From the IMG/VR virus record IMGVR_UViG_3300047157_000186: 64,000 bases of DNA; one strand, written 5' to 3'. The DNA is from a virus. Lineage: Duplodnaviria; Caudoviricetes. The notes under the pieces are model-generated. The model was not told where the DNA came from. It saw nothing but the letters and a program-made list of their open reading frames with translations, and ran no database searches. Shown one piece after another: positions 37,574 through 47,096 of the stretch (within the stretch, counting starts at the first letter, position 1; each line of letters starts with the position of its first letter). Both the position numbers and the translations under genes were made by a program.

Positions 37574-38767
37574 ATGAGATACTTCAAATTATTGCTCTTA
37601 TGTTTTATCCTGGCGACACCTATCGTCCATGCACAAACTACTACAGTAAACTTAAGGTCACTTAAGACTCATTATGGTGGGAATCAATCAGGTCAATATT
37701 ATACAGGTAATGCTAACTCGCACTCAGAATTTGACGCTATGGTTAATCTTGCCGATGGCGGTACTACACTCTATACATGGGGACCTATAGATATAACAAG
37801 TTACCAAGGCCCAAGAGGTGGTAATCATACTCCTTATCAACTATGGAATCCACCAAGATGGGGCAGTCAAAGATATGCAATTATCTATTCCGGTTGGTTT
37901 AAACCTAACAAATCAGGTACATATCGATTTAGAACTTTCACAGATGACTCACATGAGTTTATGATTAAAGGTATTGGTAAGACTAATGATATAGTTACTA
38001 AACATTATGGTTGGAATACATGGGCTTATGGTACGGCAACCTTAGATAAAGATACATGGTATGAGTTTGAATATAGAATTCAAAATTTTGGTGGTATAGG
38101 TGCTGCAAATTTTCAATATGAAATACCTGCTAACTATAATACAGGTCAATTTAATCAACTCAGTCCCAGTCATCCATTTGCAGAATGGTCTACTACTGAA
38201 CCTATTGACCCTATCACAGCATCTGGTTATATTAAAGGAGCAGAAGAACAAGGTATTGCAGGACAAACAGTTTACCTAAAGACACAGAATAAAAACCAAG
38301 TAGGTTTCTCATATACAACACAAGAAACTACAACAACAGATTCAAATGGATATTATTCATTTAATACTACGTTAGATTACAACGATTACGATTTTACAAT
38401 AGACATCGCTCCGACAATAGGAACGCTTACAACTTCAGATATTAACTGGTTTCAAGACAGATTACTATCAGATACAGTTAGTTCTAAAGATTATTGGAGA
38501 CTTGATGTAAATAATACAGGTTCATTTTCTGCCTCTGACATTTATCTAATGCACCAGAAGAGACAAGGTAACATTTCCAGTTACCCTGGTGGAGGACAAG
38601 AAATATGGAACACAAATTCCTGGCAAAACCCGACCATTTGGCCGGCAGTTGCTGCGGATTCAGACGACAAATCACAACTCTCCGGATACGGAGCATGGTC
38701 CCTCTTTGATTTAGCCAATGGAAATCAAACAACTTTCTATGTAATAAGAGCGGGTCATAAAAACTAA
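37574..38767 (+). CDS. secreted PA14-domain protein with Cna-B-like and dockerin-like modules
   Basis: Signal peptide; YSGWFKP..SGTYRFRTFTDDS; TTTDSNGYYSF; DVNNTGSFSASD. Confidence 0.7.
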   Translation: MRYFKLLLLCFILATPIVHAQTTTVNLRSLKTHYGGNQSGQYYTGNANSHSEFDAMVNLADGGTTLYTWGPIDITSYQGPRGGNHTPYQLWNPPRWGSQRYAIIYSGWFKPNKSGTYRFRTFTDDSHEFMIKGIGKTNDIVTKHYGWNTWAYGTATLDKDTWYEFEYRIQNFGGIGAANFQYEIPANYNTGQFNQLSPSHPFAEWSTTEPIDPITASGYIKGAEEQGIAGQTVYLKTQNKNQVGFSYTTQETTTTDSNGYYSFNTTLDYNDYDFTIDIAPTIGTLTTSDINWFQDRLLSDTVSSKDYWRLDVNNTGSFSASDIYLMHQKRQGNISSYPGGGQEIWNTNSWQNPTIWPAVAADSDDKSQLSGYGAWSLFDLANGNQTTFYVIRAGHKN

Positions 38768-38783
38768 AAATAATTAAAAACAA

Positions 38784-39878
38784 ATGAAATTAAAAAACAT
38801 TCTTCTAACACTGGCTTTAGCTATCAGTACAATGACTGTCTTCGGGCAGACGACTGCGCCTGATGCAACAAAGCCCTATGTTATTTTTGATTCAACGTAC
38901 ACTTTAGAATCTACTGGTTCGAGCTCAAACACTGAGTTTGATATTTACTATGATAACACGTCTGGTAATGCAGTTAAAGGTATTCAGTTTTCGTTTAATT
39001 ATGATAACACAGTATTTGATGAACCAACAGTAGCATATAACAATACATCTGGCCCAGCTGGATATTTGTCGTATGATGTTGATTCAACAAACGGAGTAGT
39101 AAAAGTAGTATGGGTTTATACTGGAGCATCTACCACTTTCGATATGATTGCTGGTAATATGTTTACAGTAAACGCACCTTTTCTATCAAATTACACAAAC
39201 GGAGCAGTTGCTGACGTAGATTTTACTACTGATCTTACTGCTTATTATGTAAAGGCTGATGGAACAGATGGAGCTCTAGGTACACAAGATAATGGTGGTA
39301 ACTTTATAGAACCTGCATTTGATTATGTAGCAACTATCTTAAATAGTGGAACAAATCCAGCTGAATCTATTCCTGTGATTTTACAGAAATCATCAGATGG
39401 AAATACTTGGACAGATGTAACTACAGTAACAACGGCAGCAGACGGAACAGCAACATTCTCAGAAAGCTTAGACCAATCTTACTGGCAAATTAGACTTAAG
39501 ATTGCAAGTGGACTAGATGCAAGTACGGCACTATCAACTGCAGATGCTAATATGATCGCACAAATTGCTGCGGGAGTACAATCAGCCTCTGGTATTCAGT
39601 TCTATACTGCAAATCCAAATCAAGCTACTGGAATTACAGCATCGGATTCTTACTTAGTATTCTCTAGATTAGCACAAGGTAACTCAAGTTACGCTTCTAA
39701 TCCAGATGTATTATTCTTTACTGAAGCACAATATAATACTATTAATGCTTCAAGTTCAGATCAGTCAAGTTCAATTCCAGGACTATCAGTATTTTTATCT
39801 CCACAAATTAATGGAACTACCACTGGTAATTTCTACCTATTAATATTAGGTGATGCCAACGGTACAGGTTTAAATTAA
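38784..39878 (+). CDS. secreted cohesin-domain protein with Cna-B and dockerin-like modules
   Basis: VKGIQFSFNYDNTVF, TTAADGTATF, GITASD, GDANG. Confidence 0.65.
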   Translation: MKLKNILLTLALAISTMTVFGQTTAPDATKPYVIFDSTYTLESTGSSSNTEFDIYYDNTSGNAVKGIQFSFNYDNTVFDEPTVAYNNTSGPAGYLSYDVDSTNGVVKVVWVYTGASTTFDMIAGNMFTVNAPFLSNYTNGAVADVDFTTDLTAYYVKADGTDGALGTQDNGGNFIEPAFDYVATILNSGTNPAESIPVILQKSSDGNTWTDVTTVTTAADGTATFSESLDQSYWQIRLKIASGLDASTALSTADANMIAQIAAGVQSASGIQFYTANPNQATGITASDSYLVFSRLAQGNSSYASNPDVLFFTEAQYNTINASSSDQSSSIPGLSVFLSPQINGTTTGNFYLLILGDANGTGLN

Positions 39879-39879
39879 T

Positions 39880-40617
39880 ATGAGGAATATACTACTAACA
39901 ATATTAGTATTGTTCACCACATGTGCACAATCTCAGGTCGTATTTAACGTACCTGAGATTGATGTGCCTGTTAGTGAGTATATTAATCTGCCTGTAGAAA
40001 TTGAAACTTCAGGCGAAGATGTTGGTAGTTTAGAATTTGCATTGAAATATGATCCAGACTATTTAGAGTTTGTATCGATTACTGTGACACCTAAAGCTCA
40101 AGAGTGGTTAACATATACTATGGACTGGGAAGGTGAAACTGTTAGATGGGGCGGTTATGACGCTTCCTTCGGTAATTTTACTATAATTAATACAACAGAA
40201 TTATTTACGGTAAGATTTAGGGTTACTAATCAAGATTGGGACACAATTCCAATTACGATTGGTAGAAAAACAGCTGGCACAGAATTAGGATGGGACATTG
40301 ATGTTGAAAACACAGATGGTTACGTGAATAAACGATCAATGCCATTTGATACTAGGCCAACTGATGGTATTTATGGAATTGTTTATCCAGTTCCAACAAA
40401 AGGTCCAATTACATTTGACCTGACAGTACCAGACAATGGCGATTATATTGTCAGAGTATTAAACTATGGTGGTTCAGAATTTTTAAAAGAAAGTAAAAGA
40501 TTCTTTGCAGGATGGGTACAATTTCAAATGGATCTATCTTCATTACCACAAGGTGTTTATCTCTTACAAGTTACTAATGGCCAATTTGTTAAAACATTTA
40601 AAACCATAAAAAAATAA
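39880..40617 (+). CDS. cohesin-domain protein with T9SS type-A CTD
   Basis: VGSLEFALKYDPDYLEF; VYPVPT...DLSSLPQGVYLLQV...KTFKTIKK. Confidence 0.75.
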   Translation: MRNILLTILVLFTTCAQSQVVFNVPEIDVPVSEYINLPVEIETSGEDVGSLEFALKYDPDYLEFVSITVTPKAQEWLTYTMDWEGETVRWGGYDASFGNFTIINTTELFTVRFRVTNQDWDTIPITIGRKTAGTELGWDIDVENTDGYVNKRSMPFDTRPTDGIYGIVYPVPTKGPITFDLTVPDNGDYIVRVLNYGGSEFLKESKRFFAGWVQFQMDLSSLPQGVYLLQVTNGQFVKTFKTIKK

Positions 40618-40624
40618 CTTAATA

Positions 40625-40816
40625 ATGAGAAAGAAGATGATTGCACTGTCGTTAAGTTCAATACTACTATTTGGATGTGGAGCTACAAAGCCTACTTCAG
40701 ATGGATGTTGCGAGAAAAAAGTACTAACACAAAAAGAAGCTGATGAGAAGATCATGAATGGTCTACTATTTACATTAGTAACTTATATAATACTTAGTAC
40801 ATTAAAAATAAACTAA
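40625..40816 (+). CDS. small lipoprotein / membrane protein
   Basis: LLFGC lipobox plus C-terminal TM. Confidence 0.55.
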   Translation: MRKKMIALSLSSILLFGCGATKPTSDGCCEKKVLTQKEADEKIMNGLLFTLVTYIILSTLKIN

Positions 40817-40821
40817 GAAGA

Positions 40822-41085
40822 ATGTCAGATAAAAAAGAAAACAAATTCTTTTCTGAAATTAAAAATCAAATCATTGCCGGCGTTGGCTTAGTCATCGCCG
40901 CTGGGTTTGGTATCTTTATTACTAACATGGAAGGTTGGTTATCTCCAAAAAAGGAACCTACTCCAGTTGTAGTACAAGATAGTATTCCGGCTCAACCACA
41001 AATTATTATTAATAATATAGTGGAAAAGAAGGAAGCACCAAAAGTGATTGTTAAAGAAAAGAAAGAAGACGAAATAACATGGTAA
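40822..41085 (+). CDS. single-TM hypothetical protein
   Basis: N-terminal TM helix. Confidence 0.55.
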   Translation: MSDKKENKFFSEIKNQIIAGVGLVIAAGFGIFITNMEGWLSPKKEPTPVVVQDSIPAQPQIIINNIVEKKEAPKVIVKEKKEDEITW

Positions 41086-41783
41086 GATTATTTACACTGG
41101 TCTTTTTGTTAGTTACCTTTACAGTTAATGCTCAAATAGGTAAAACTGAGACTGAAGACTATAAAGCTAGTTTTGAACAAAAAGCAGACATCGATGAGGT
41201 ATCTGACTATATGTTAGATTATCAATTGCCTATTCAAGTATTAAATATAGGCTTTACACCAGAACTATATGAATTCTATCCAGAATTGAGAGAGAATAGA
41301 GTTGGTTTAGGTGTTAGTAATATTACTCTGTCTTATTTAGAATGGACAGATAGATTTCTATTTACAGAAGATAAAGAAGAAATCAAACAGAGAATGGTTA
41401 AGCAACATAAAGCTGCAGCAAAAGGTATATCGGCAAATGATATTAAAGTTGTAGGTAATGTTGTGTTAGCAGAGTATTTTGTATATGTAGAAATATATGA
41501 CTATTCAGTATCTGAGGAAGAAGAAGTTACAGTTGATGGAGTAAAGACTGTACTAAAAACTATTATTGGTATGCAAGTAAGATTTGTTAATGCTGAAACT
41601 GGAACTATTTTCACAGGCAGTGGAAGTGGTGAAGCAGTCACGATTAAAAGATCAAAGATTGGTGAAGACAATGTTGTCAAATTCAATCAATCAACAATTG
41701 GTATTGCAACTAAGAAAGCCCTAGAATCTGGAACTGCTCGTATCGTAAAAAGAATGATAAAGCGTGGGATATTTGAAGAATAA
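41079..41783 (+). CDS. CsgG/HfaB-like protein
   Basis: GLGVSNI..S.LE.T.RF, GMQVRFVNAETG.I..GSGSG. Confidence 0.65.
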   Translation: MVRLFTLVFLLVTFTVNAQIGKTETEDYKASFEQKADIDEVSDYMLDYQLPIQVLNIGFTPELYEFYPELRENRVGLGVSNITLSYLEWTDRFLFTEDKEEIKQRMVKQHKAAAKGISANDIKVVGNVVLAEYFVYVEIYDYSVSEEEEVTVDGVKTVLKTIIGMQVRFVNAETGTIFTGSGSGEAVTIKRSKIGEDNVVKFNQSTIGIATKKALESGTARIVKRMIKRGIFEE

Positions 41784-43137
41784 AATAATAACAGTTCTGT
41801 TATTCTTAGCACCACTAGTCAGTTATGGCCAGTGGTCTTATACGTTTACAGATCCATGTACTCTGAATCAACAAACAATTCAAATGGGTTCAAGTGATGA
41901 GATTGCCTTAAATTATTTTGGCAATGTTCAGACATTTACACAACCAGATTTTACAGATGGTACTTTTGATGCATGGATGAATTTAGTTACTCAGGCTAAT
42001 TCTGCGAATCCATGTCAAGCGTGTAACTCAAGTTATTACAAATAATACAAATGCTATAATAGTTCAAAATACTATTACAGTAATTACAAATATAATGAAT
42101 GTGTTAGGTGGAGATATGTTACCACAAGCACTTTCATCATCAGGTGTTCCAGTAGCAGAGGCTATTGATAATGCAAACTAAAAAAGAAGAAAAAAAAGAA
42201 AAAGAAGAAATCAGACGAACAAAGTTCTAACTCTAATAAAGAATCTGAAGATTCTAATAGTGAATCTAATAGTTCTGATAATAAAAATAATGAGAATAGT
42301 AATTCAGAGACTAGTTCGGAACAATCCAATGGCTCTGGTTCTAATCAAACTAGTGGTGGACAAGGTAATACAGGTGGAAGTGGCACTTCAACAGGTAGCG
42401 CTGAAACAAAAACTGAAGATGAATCAAAAGAAGGCGCTTTATCTATGTCTTTAGCTAATTCTGTTTCAAATGCAGTAGATGGTGGAGAATCAGATAATAA
42501 AAACAGAGGTTCTTTAATTGCATCAGGTGATATTGTAGTTATTGACAACCAAGATAACTCAAATGGACGTCAAGTAAAAGTAGTAGGTTCTATTACTAGT
42601 GCTAATACAAAAAAGAGCAGAGTTCAAGGAGCACTATTTACATATACAACTGTAACTAATGATTTTAGTTTAACTTTCTATAAATCATGGATTAATCCGA
42701 ATAGAACATTTAATCTAGTAGGTGCAAATACTACAATGACAGATTTTAATCAAAATCATTTAAACACAACTACTGTTTTAGAATCATTTAAGTTTGGTAA
42801 GAAGAAATTCACTGGAATGGCTGGTTTAAATTTTACTATAGGTAAATTAGGTAAAAGAGAACTACAAAATCTATCAGCAGTTACTGGAGTTCATAGAAAC
42901 TTTAGAGTTAGTCCAAAGATTACAACATCGGCTTTAATTCTAGGAGTCTATTCTCCATTCACACAATACTATGAAGGTCAATGGTGGGATCCAGGTGTTC
43001 TTATAGTTCCATTTAGTTCTTGGGATATACAAATTACAAAAACATTTAAATACAATATCAGTTTTACTGGAGTTTGGCAATCAGGTGGAAATGCCCTCAA
43101 CTATCAAATACTAACTGGTGGTAAAATTAGATTCTAA
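41764..43137 (+). pseudogene. large secreted/outer-membrane protein split by frameshifts (real or sequencing error)
   Basis: Frame 1 to ~42021, frame 2 from 42023 to 42178, A-rich stretch, frame 1 from 42211 to 43137 ending in a barrel-like GGKIRF. Confidence 0.6.
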
Positions 43138-43138
43138 T

Positions 43139-43579
43139 ATGAAAAAGCTATTAATACTCCTATTCTTAATTCCAACTATGTTATTCGCACAAGATTGTTA
43201 TACTGTTAAGAATGTAACAACAGAAGTTGAAATGGAAGAGATCAGCCAAAGAAGAATTACATTTGGTATTAAACAAATGATGGAAGATGTTATTTCAGAC
43301 AAGTATGATTTATGTTTAGATGGTAAGCCAGTTGAAGTTAAAGTAACTTCAATAGAAGCACCAACGACTGGAATATCGATAGGACCGTGGACTAAAGTGA
43401 GTAAAAAAACAATAGTCACTTTACTAATCTATATGGATGATAATGTAATTGAAGTTGAAGGAATGGCTAAATCTACAGTTAAAGCTACATTCATCGATTT
43501 ACAAGATGAGAACTTACCTTTTAATAAGACAGTATTTGCGTCTGCAATCAAGAAAGCTATCGAGAAATCTCTAAAATAG
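43139..43579 (+). CDS. secreted hypothetical protein
   Basis: Signal MKKLLILLFLIPTMLFA; last gene of the island. Confidence 0.65.
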   Translation: MKKLLILLFLIPTMLFAQDCYTVKNVTTEVEMEEISQRRITFGIKQMMEDVISDKYDLCLDGKPVEVKVTSIEAPTTGISIGPWTKVSKKTIVTLLIYMDDNVIEVEGMAKSTVKATFIDLQDENLPFNKTVFASAIKKAIEKSLK

Positions 43580-43639
43580 GGTTTACCTGTTGAAACTATT
43601 TATATTTAATGTCGTATAAGTATTATAAAAAATATAAAT

Positions 43640-43921
43640 ATGAAATTTACAGTTAAAGAAACACCTTACATTAGGTATCAAATGACAACTCATCAAGGTA
43701 CTGTTTTATTTGATGAAGAAGAAGTTACATTTAGATTTTCTGAAGATGATAATGGTTCTGAATTCTATATTTTAGGTGAAACAGGCTTTGAACAAAGTCC
43801 TTTAGAAGATCCAAAACATATTGCTATTTACGCGGCTATCATGGAATGGGGTAATCCTGAGGAATTAGAACAAGGTGAAGAAATCGAATTGGATCAAGAA
43901 ACACTTGATCTATATCAATAA
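43640..43921 (+). CDS. acidic hypothetical protein
   Basis: After a class-2 promoter. Confidence 0.65.
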   Translation: MKFTVKETPYIRYQMTTHQGTVLFDEEEVTFRFSEDDNGSEFYILGETGFEQSPLEDPKHIAIYAAIMEWGNPEELEQGEEIELDQETLDLYQ

Positions 43922-43932
43922 ATTAACCCCAA

Positions 43933-44244
43933 ATGGCAAATCTTAAAAAGAAATACAATAGAACTAAATCTGAATTAGTTAGGGCTTTAAATAAGTCTGA
44001 TAGAAGAACAGTAGTACTTAGTATTAAAGTGGTAGAAACTTCTAAAATTAAAGAACATCTTATTTATGAATGTTTATATTTAGATAATGGTAAAGAAAAG
44101 AATGTTACTATTATAGCCCAAGATATTACTAATGCAATGTTAAAACTTGAGCCTTATCTTGGTGCAGGTATTCCTGACACAACAACTAATTTAATTCTGG
44201 GAAGTGAAAGATATCCTAATGTACCTTTAGATCCGCCAGTATAA
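43933..44244 (+). CDS. hypothetical protein
   Basis: 103 aa ORF. Confidence 0.6.
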   Translation: MANLKKKYNRTKSELVRALNKSDRRTVVLSIKVVETSKIKEHLIYECLYLDNGKEKNVTIIAQDITNAMLKLEPYLGAGIPDTTTNLILGSERYPNVPLDPPV

Positions 44245-44252
44245 AAAAAATT

Positions 44253-44543
44253 ATGAAAAAAGCAATATACTTTATATCTTTATTAATATTAACCTCATGT
44301 TCTGAAGATTCTATTACACAACAAGAAACTAAAGAAGAAAATGGTTACAAAGTCACAATAGTAGAATTTGATGGATGTGAATATGTAAGTTTTAAAAAGA
44401 ATTGGAGTACCAGTTCAAGTATTACCCATAAAGGTAATTGTAAAAATCACAATTATTTAGATGGAAGATCATTTAATGATAAAGTCGAAGCTCTTAGAGA
44501 AGAAAGTGGGCTTATCGACAATCTACTAAACAATATAAAATAG
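44253..44543 (+). CDS. lipoprotein
   Basis: LILTSC lipobox; DGCEY...ITHKGNCKN. Confidence 0.65.
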   Translation: MKKAIYFISLLILTSCSEDSITQQETKEENGYKVTIVEFDGCEYVSFKKNWSTSSSITHKGNCKNHNYLDGRSFNDKVEALREESGLIDNLLNNIK

Positions 44544-44936
44544 ATGGAGTTAATAAGTACGCATCCGGTCAAGAAGTCCGACTTGGGATTTCATGGCAAT
44601 CTTTTTGGTGGAAAATTATTAGCATGGGTTGACGCAGCGGGAGCTGCATATGCTTCCCAAGTATGCGATACACCAAGAATGGTAACAGTTCTCATAGATA
44701 AATGTGTTTTTAAAAAACCAGCAAAAGAAGGACATCTCCTTAAAATATACGGTGAAGTAGAAACAATAGGAAACTCATCTGTCACCCTAAAAGTTGAAGC
44801 AAGATCACATAATGTATACAACGGTAAACAAGGCATTATACTTGCAACACATATTAAATTTGTAAGAGTAGACGAACAAGGTGAAGCAATTTCTGTCAGT
44901 AGTAGAGTTAGAGATAAATATATGGGTGATATATAA
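44544..44936 (+). CDS. HotDog-fold acyl-CoA thioesterase (YciA-like)
   Basis: DLGFHGNLFGGKLLAWVD..G. Confidence 0.88.
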   Translation: MELISTHPVKKSDLGFHGNLFGGKLLAWVDAAGAAYASQVCDTPRMVTVLIDKCVFKKPAKEGHLLKIYGEVETIGNSSVTLKVEARSHNVYNGKQGIILATHIKFVRVDEQGEAISVSSRVRDKYMGDI

Positions 44937-44969
44937 AATGGGTGTTTAATTAAAAAACATTAAAAAATC

Positions 44970-45263
44970 ATGAGCAATACAGAAAAGTTTCTACAACTAT
45001 TTTCAGATTTTGATATGGTAGTAGTAGAAAAAACAGTAAACAAGCCAAAAAAGACGATTAAGGCAACGTCCAGTATTAACGCTAATCAAACGAGAAGCGA
45101 ACTAAAAAAAGCTTTAAAAAGATTGACAGAGGAATATAGCAGAGCTAGAAAATCCTTTAAACAAAATAAATTAAGCCGTCAAGAATTATTTGATTTTGAA
45201 TGGAGATTATTTGAAATTCAAGAAGAAATCAATAGATTAGATGACGAGGCAACGACAGAATGA
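44970..45263 (+). CDS. coiled-coil hypothetical protein
   Basis: 97 aa ORF. Confidence 0.55.
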   Translation: MSNTEKFLQLFSDFDMVVVEKTVNKPKKTIKATSSINANQTRSELKKALKRLTEEYSRARKSFKQNKLSRQELFDFEWRLFEIQEEINRLDDEATTE

Positions 45264-45922
45264 GATTAGAATCACTTAGTACATTTATTATAGATAGATT
45301 GGTTTTTAGAAAAGAACCAAAAGATAAACATGTAATAAGATTAAGTGCAACACAAGATAAAGAATGGTTTAAATCATATTCAGAAGATGCACCCATAGAA
45401 TTACCACCTTCAAATTCATCTGAATTAGTAAAACTAGAATTATTAGATATGGCAATAGAATGTGCCAGTACAAAAAAGCCAGCAAAATTAGAACATAAAT
45501 ATGACGATGATTTTATGTGGGCATTTAAAGAATTAGTTAAATCTAATGATTTACAATGGTCAAATAAATATTTTAAATATTTGATCAAAGCAGCTGGTGA
45601 TAGAATAATTAGATTAAAATATAAATACAATAGACCAAGACCATACCAATTAGCACCATATCATGGTGTAGATATAAAGGTATTCGGTTCTGATACAGCA
45701 AAAACTCCATCATTTCCATCAGGTCACACTGCCCAAAGTATATTAGTGGCAAAAATAATAGGTGATGTATACCCCCAATTAAAAGAAGATGCTATGAAAA
45801 TAGCGGATGATGTTTCTAAATCAAGAATAGTAGGAGGTCATCACTTTAAATCAGATATTGAATTTGGTGAAAAGATAGGAATGTGGTTGTATAATAACTT
45901 AGTTAAAGAATGGAAGAAATAG
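45260..45922 (+). CDS. PAP2 / vanadium haloperoxidase-like acid phosphatase
   Basis: KYKYNRPRP, PSFPSGH, SRIVGGHHFKSD. Confidence 0.85.
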   Translation: MRLESLSTFIIDRLVFRKEPKDKHVIRLSATQDKEWFKSYSEDAPIELPPSNSSELVKLELLDMAIECASTKKPAKLEHKYDDDFMWAFKELVKSNDLQWSNKYFKYLIKAAGDRIIRLKYKYNRPRPYQLAPYHGVDIKVFGSDTAKTPSFPSGHTAQSILVAKIIGDVYPQLKEDAMKIADDVSKSRIVGGHHFKSDIEFGEKIGMWLYNNLVKEWKK

Positions 45923-46215
45923 TATCTAAATTTGTAGGAGAATGGGGATGGTTGACGGCTGTTGCGATAATAACATTTGCATTTAAAGATCTTGTTTCTA
46001 ATTTTGTAATAGGAGCACAGTTTTTATATGGCAATGATTACAATATAGATGATATAGTTTACATTAGAGGAGCTAAAAAGGCCAGAATAGTAAGACAAAA
46101 TATATGGAAAACTGTTTTTTATGTATATGGTCACGATAGAAAATTTATAGTTCCAAATAATATGTTATGGAGATTAGAAATAGAAAAAGACATACCAAAA
46201 AATGAAACACATTAA
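45910..46215 (+). CDS. small membrane protein, MscS beta-domain-like
   Basis: TM then NFVIG....YNIDDIVYI...ARIV..NIWKT. Confidence 0.45.
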   Translation: MEEIVSKFVGEWGWLTAVAIITFAFKDLVSNFVIGAQFLYGNDYNIDDIVYIRGAKKARIVRQNIWKTVFYVYGHDRKFIVPNNMLWRLEIEKDIPKNETH

Positions 46216-46465
46216 AACACAAAAGATTTACGAAGATGCACAAAAAGTTGCTGACTTAAATCAAAAGATTAGAGATTTAGATAAAAAGAAAACCGATATC
46301 AAGATAAAGGCCGCTGATACTGCTAAAAAGCAAAGAGAAGAAGAGGATCCATTGAAATCCGAGTTACATGCGATCGCTGCACAAAAACTTTCTTTACAAG
46401 CACAAATAGTAAAATTAGATATTAAAACTGCTGCCATTAAAATAAGACAAGAAAATAATAAATAA
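46202..46465 (+). CDS. coiled-coil protein with CTS-like leader
   Basis: MKHIKTQKIYE. Confidence 0.55.
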   Translation: MKHIKTQKIYEDAQKVADLNQKIRDLDKKKTDIKIKAADTAKKQREEEDPLKSELHAIAAQKLSLQAQIVKLDIKTAAIKIRQENNK

Positions 46466-46495
46466 ACTTTTTTAAAAGGGTTTATATAACTTAAG

Positions 46496-47095
46496 ATGAA
46501 ATACGTTAAAAGATATGAAGCTTATTTAAATGAAGCAAGAAGGCCAGGTAAACCATATCATGGGTCTAAAATTCTTGTATTTGATCTTGATGATACATTA
46601 GTTATATCTTCTGCAAAAATCAAGGTGTGTAATAAAAAAACAGGTGAATGTTATTCTCTAACACCTGAAGAATTCAATACATATGAAAAAGGTGAACATG
46701 AAGAATTAAACTTTGACGAGTTTAAATCTTTAGAGATTATGAAAGCCGGTAAATTAATAGAATATTATCTTAAAATATTCAAAGAAGCTTATAAGTCAAA
46801 ATTAGCAGTAGGAATTGTTACGGCAAGAGATGATCGTAAAATGATTCATAAATGGCTAAGAGAACACGTAGGATATAGAATTGATTATGAATTAATATTT
46901 GCAGTTAATGATCCTATTCACAAATTCAAAGGTAATATATCTGATCGTAAAAAAGCAGCATTCAAAGAACTTATAGAAATGGGTTACAATGATATGCAGT
47001 TTTATGATGATGACGATGCTAACCTAAAATTAGTAAAATCATTAGAAGACGAATACGATGGGATAAATATATCAACAATAAAAGCAATAAAATAA
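46496..47095 (+). CDS. HAD-family phosphatase (Pnkp-phosphatase-like) with CTS-like leader
   Basis: FDLDDTL, TAR, FYDDD; N-terminus MKYVKRYEAYLNE. Confidence 0.75.
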   Translation: MKYVKRYEAYLNEARRPGKPYHGSKILVFDLDDTLVISSAKIKVCNKKTGECYSLTPEEFNTYEKGEHEELNFDEFKSLEIMKAGKLIEYYLKIFKEAYKSKLAVGIVTARDDRKMIHKWLREHVGYRIDYELIFAVNDPIHKFKGNISDRKKAAFKELIEMGYNDMQFYDDDDANLKLVKSLEDEYDGINISTIKAIK

Positions 47096-47096
47096 T

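Noticed and set aside
37402-37587. N-terminal 62 aa of the 458-aa ORF-track protein
   Set aside because: Crosses the intergenic promoter region and a poly-A tract; the signal peptide begins at 37401
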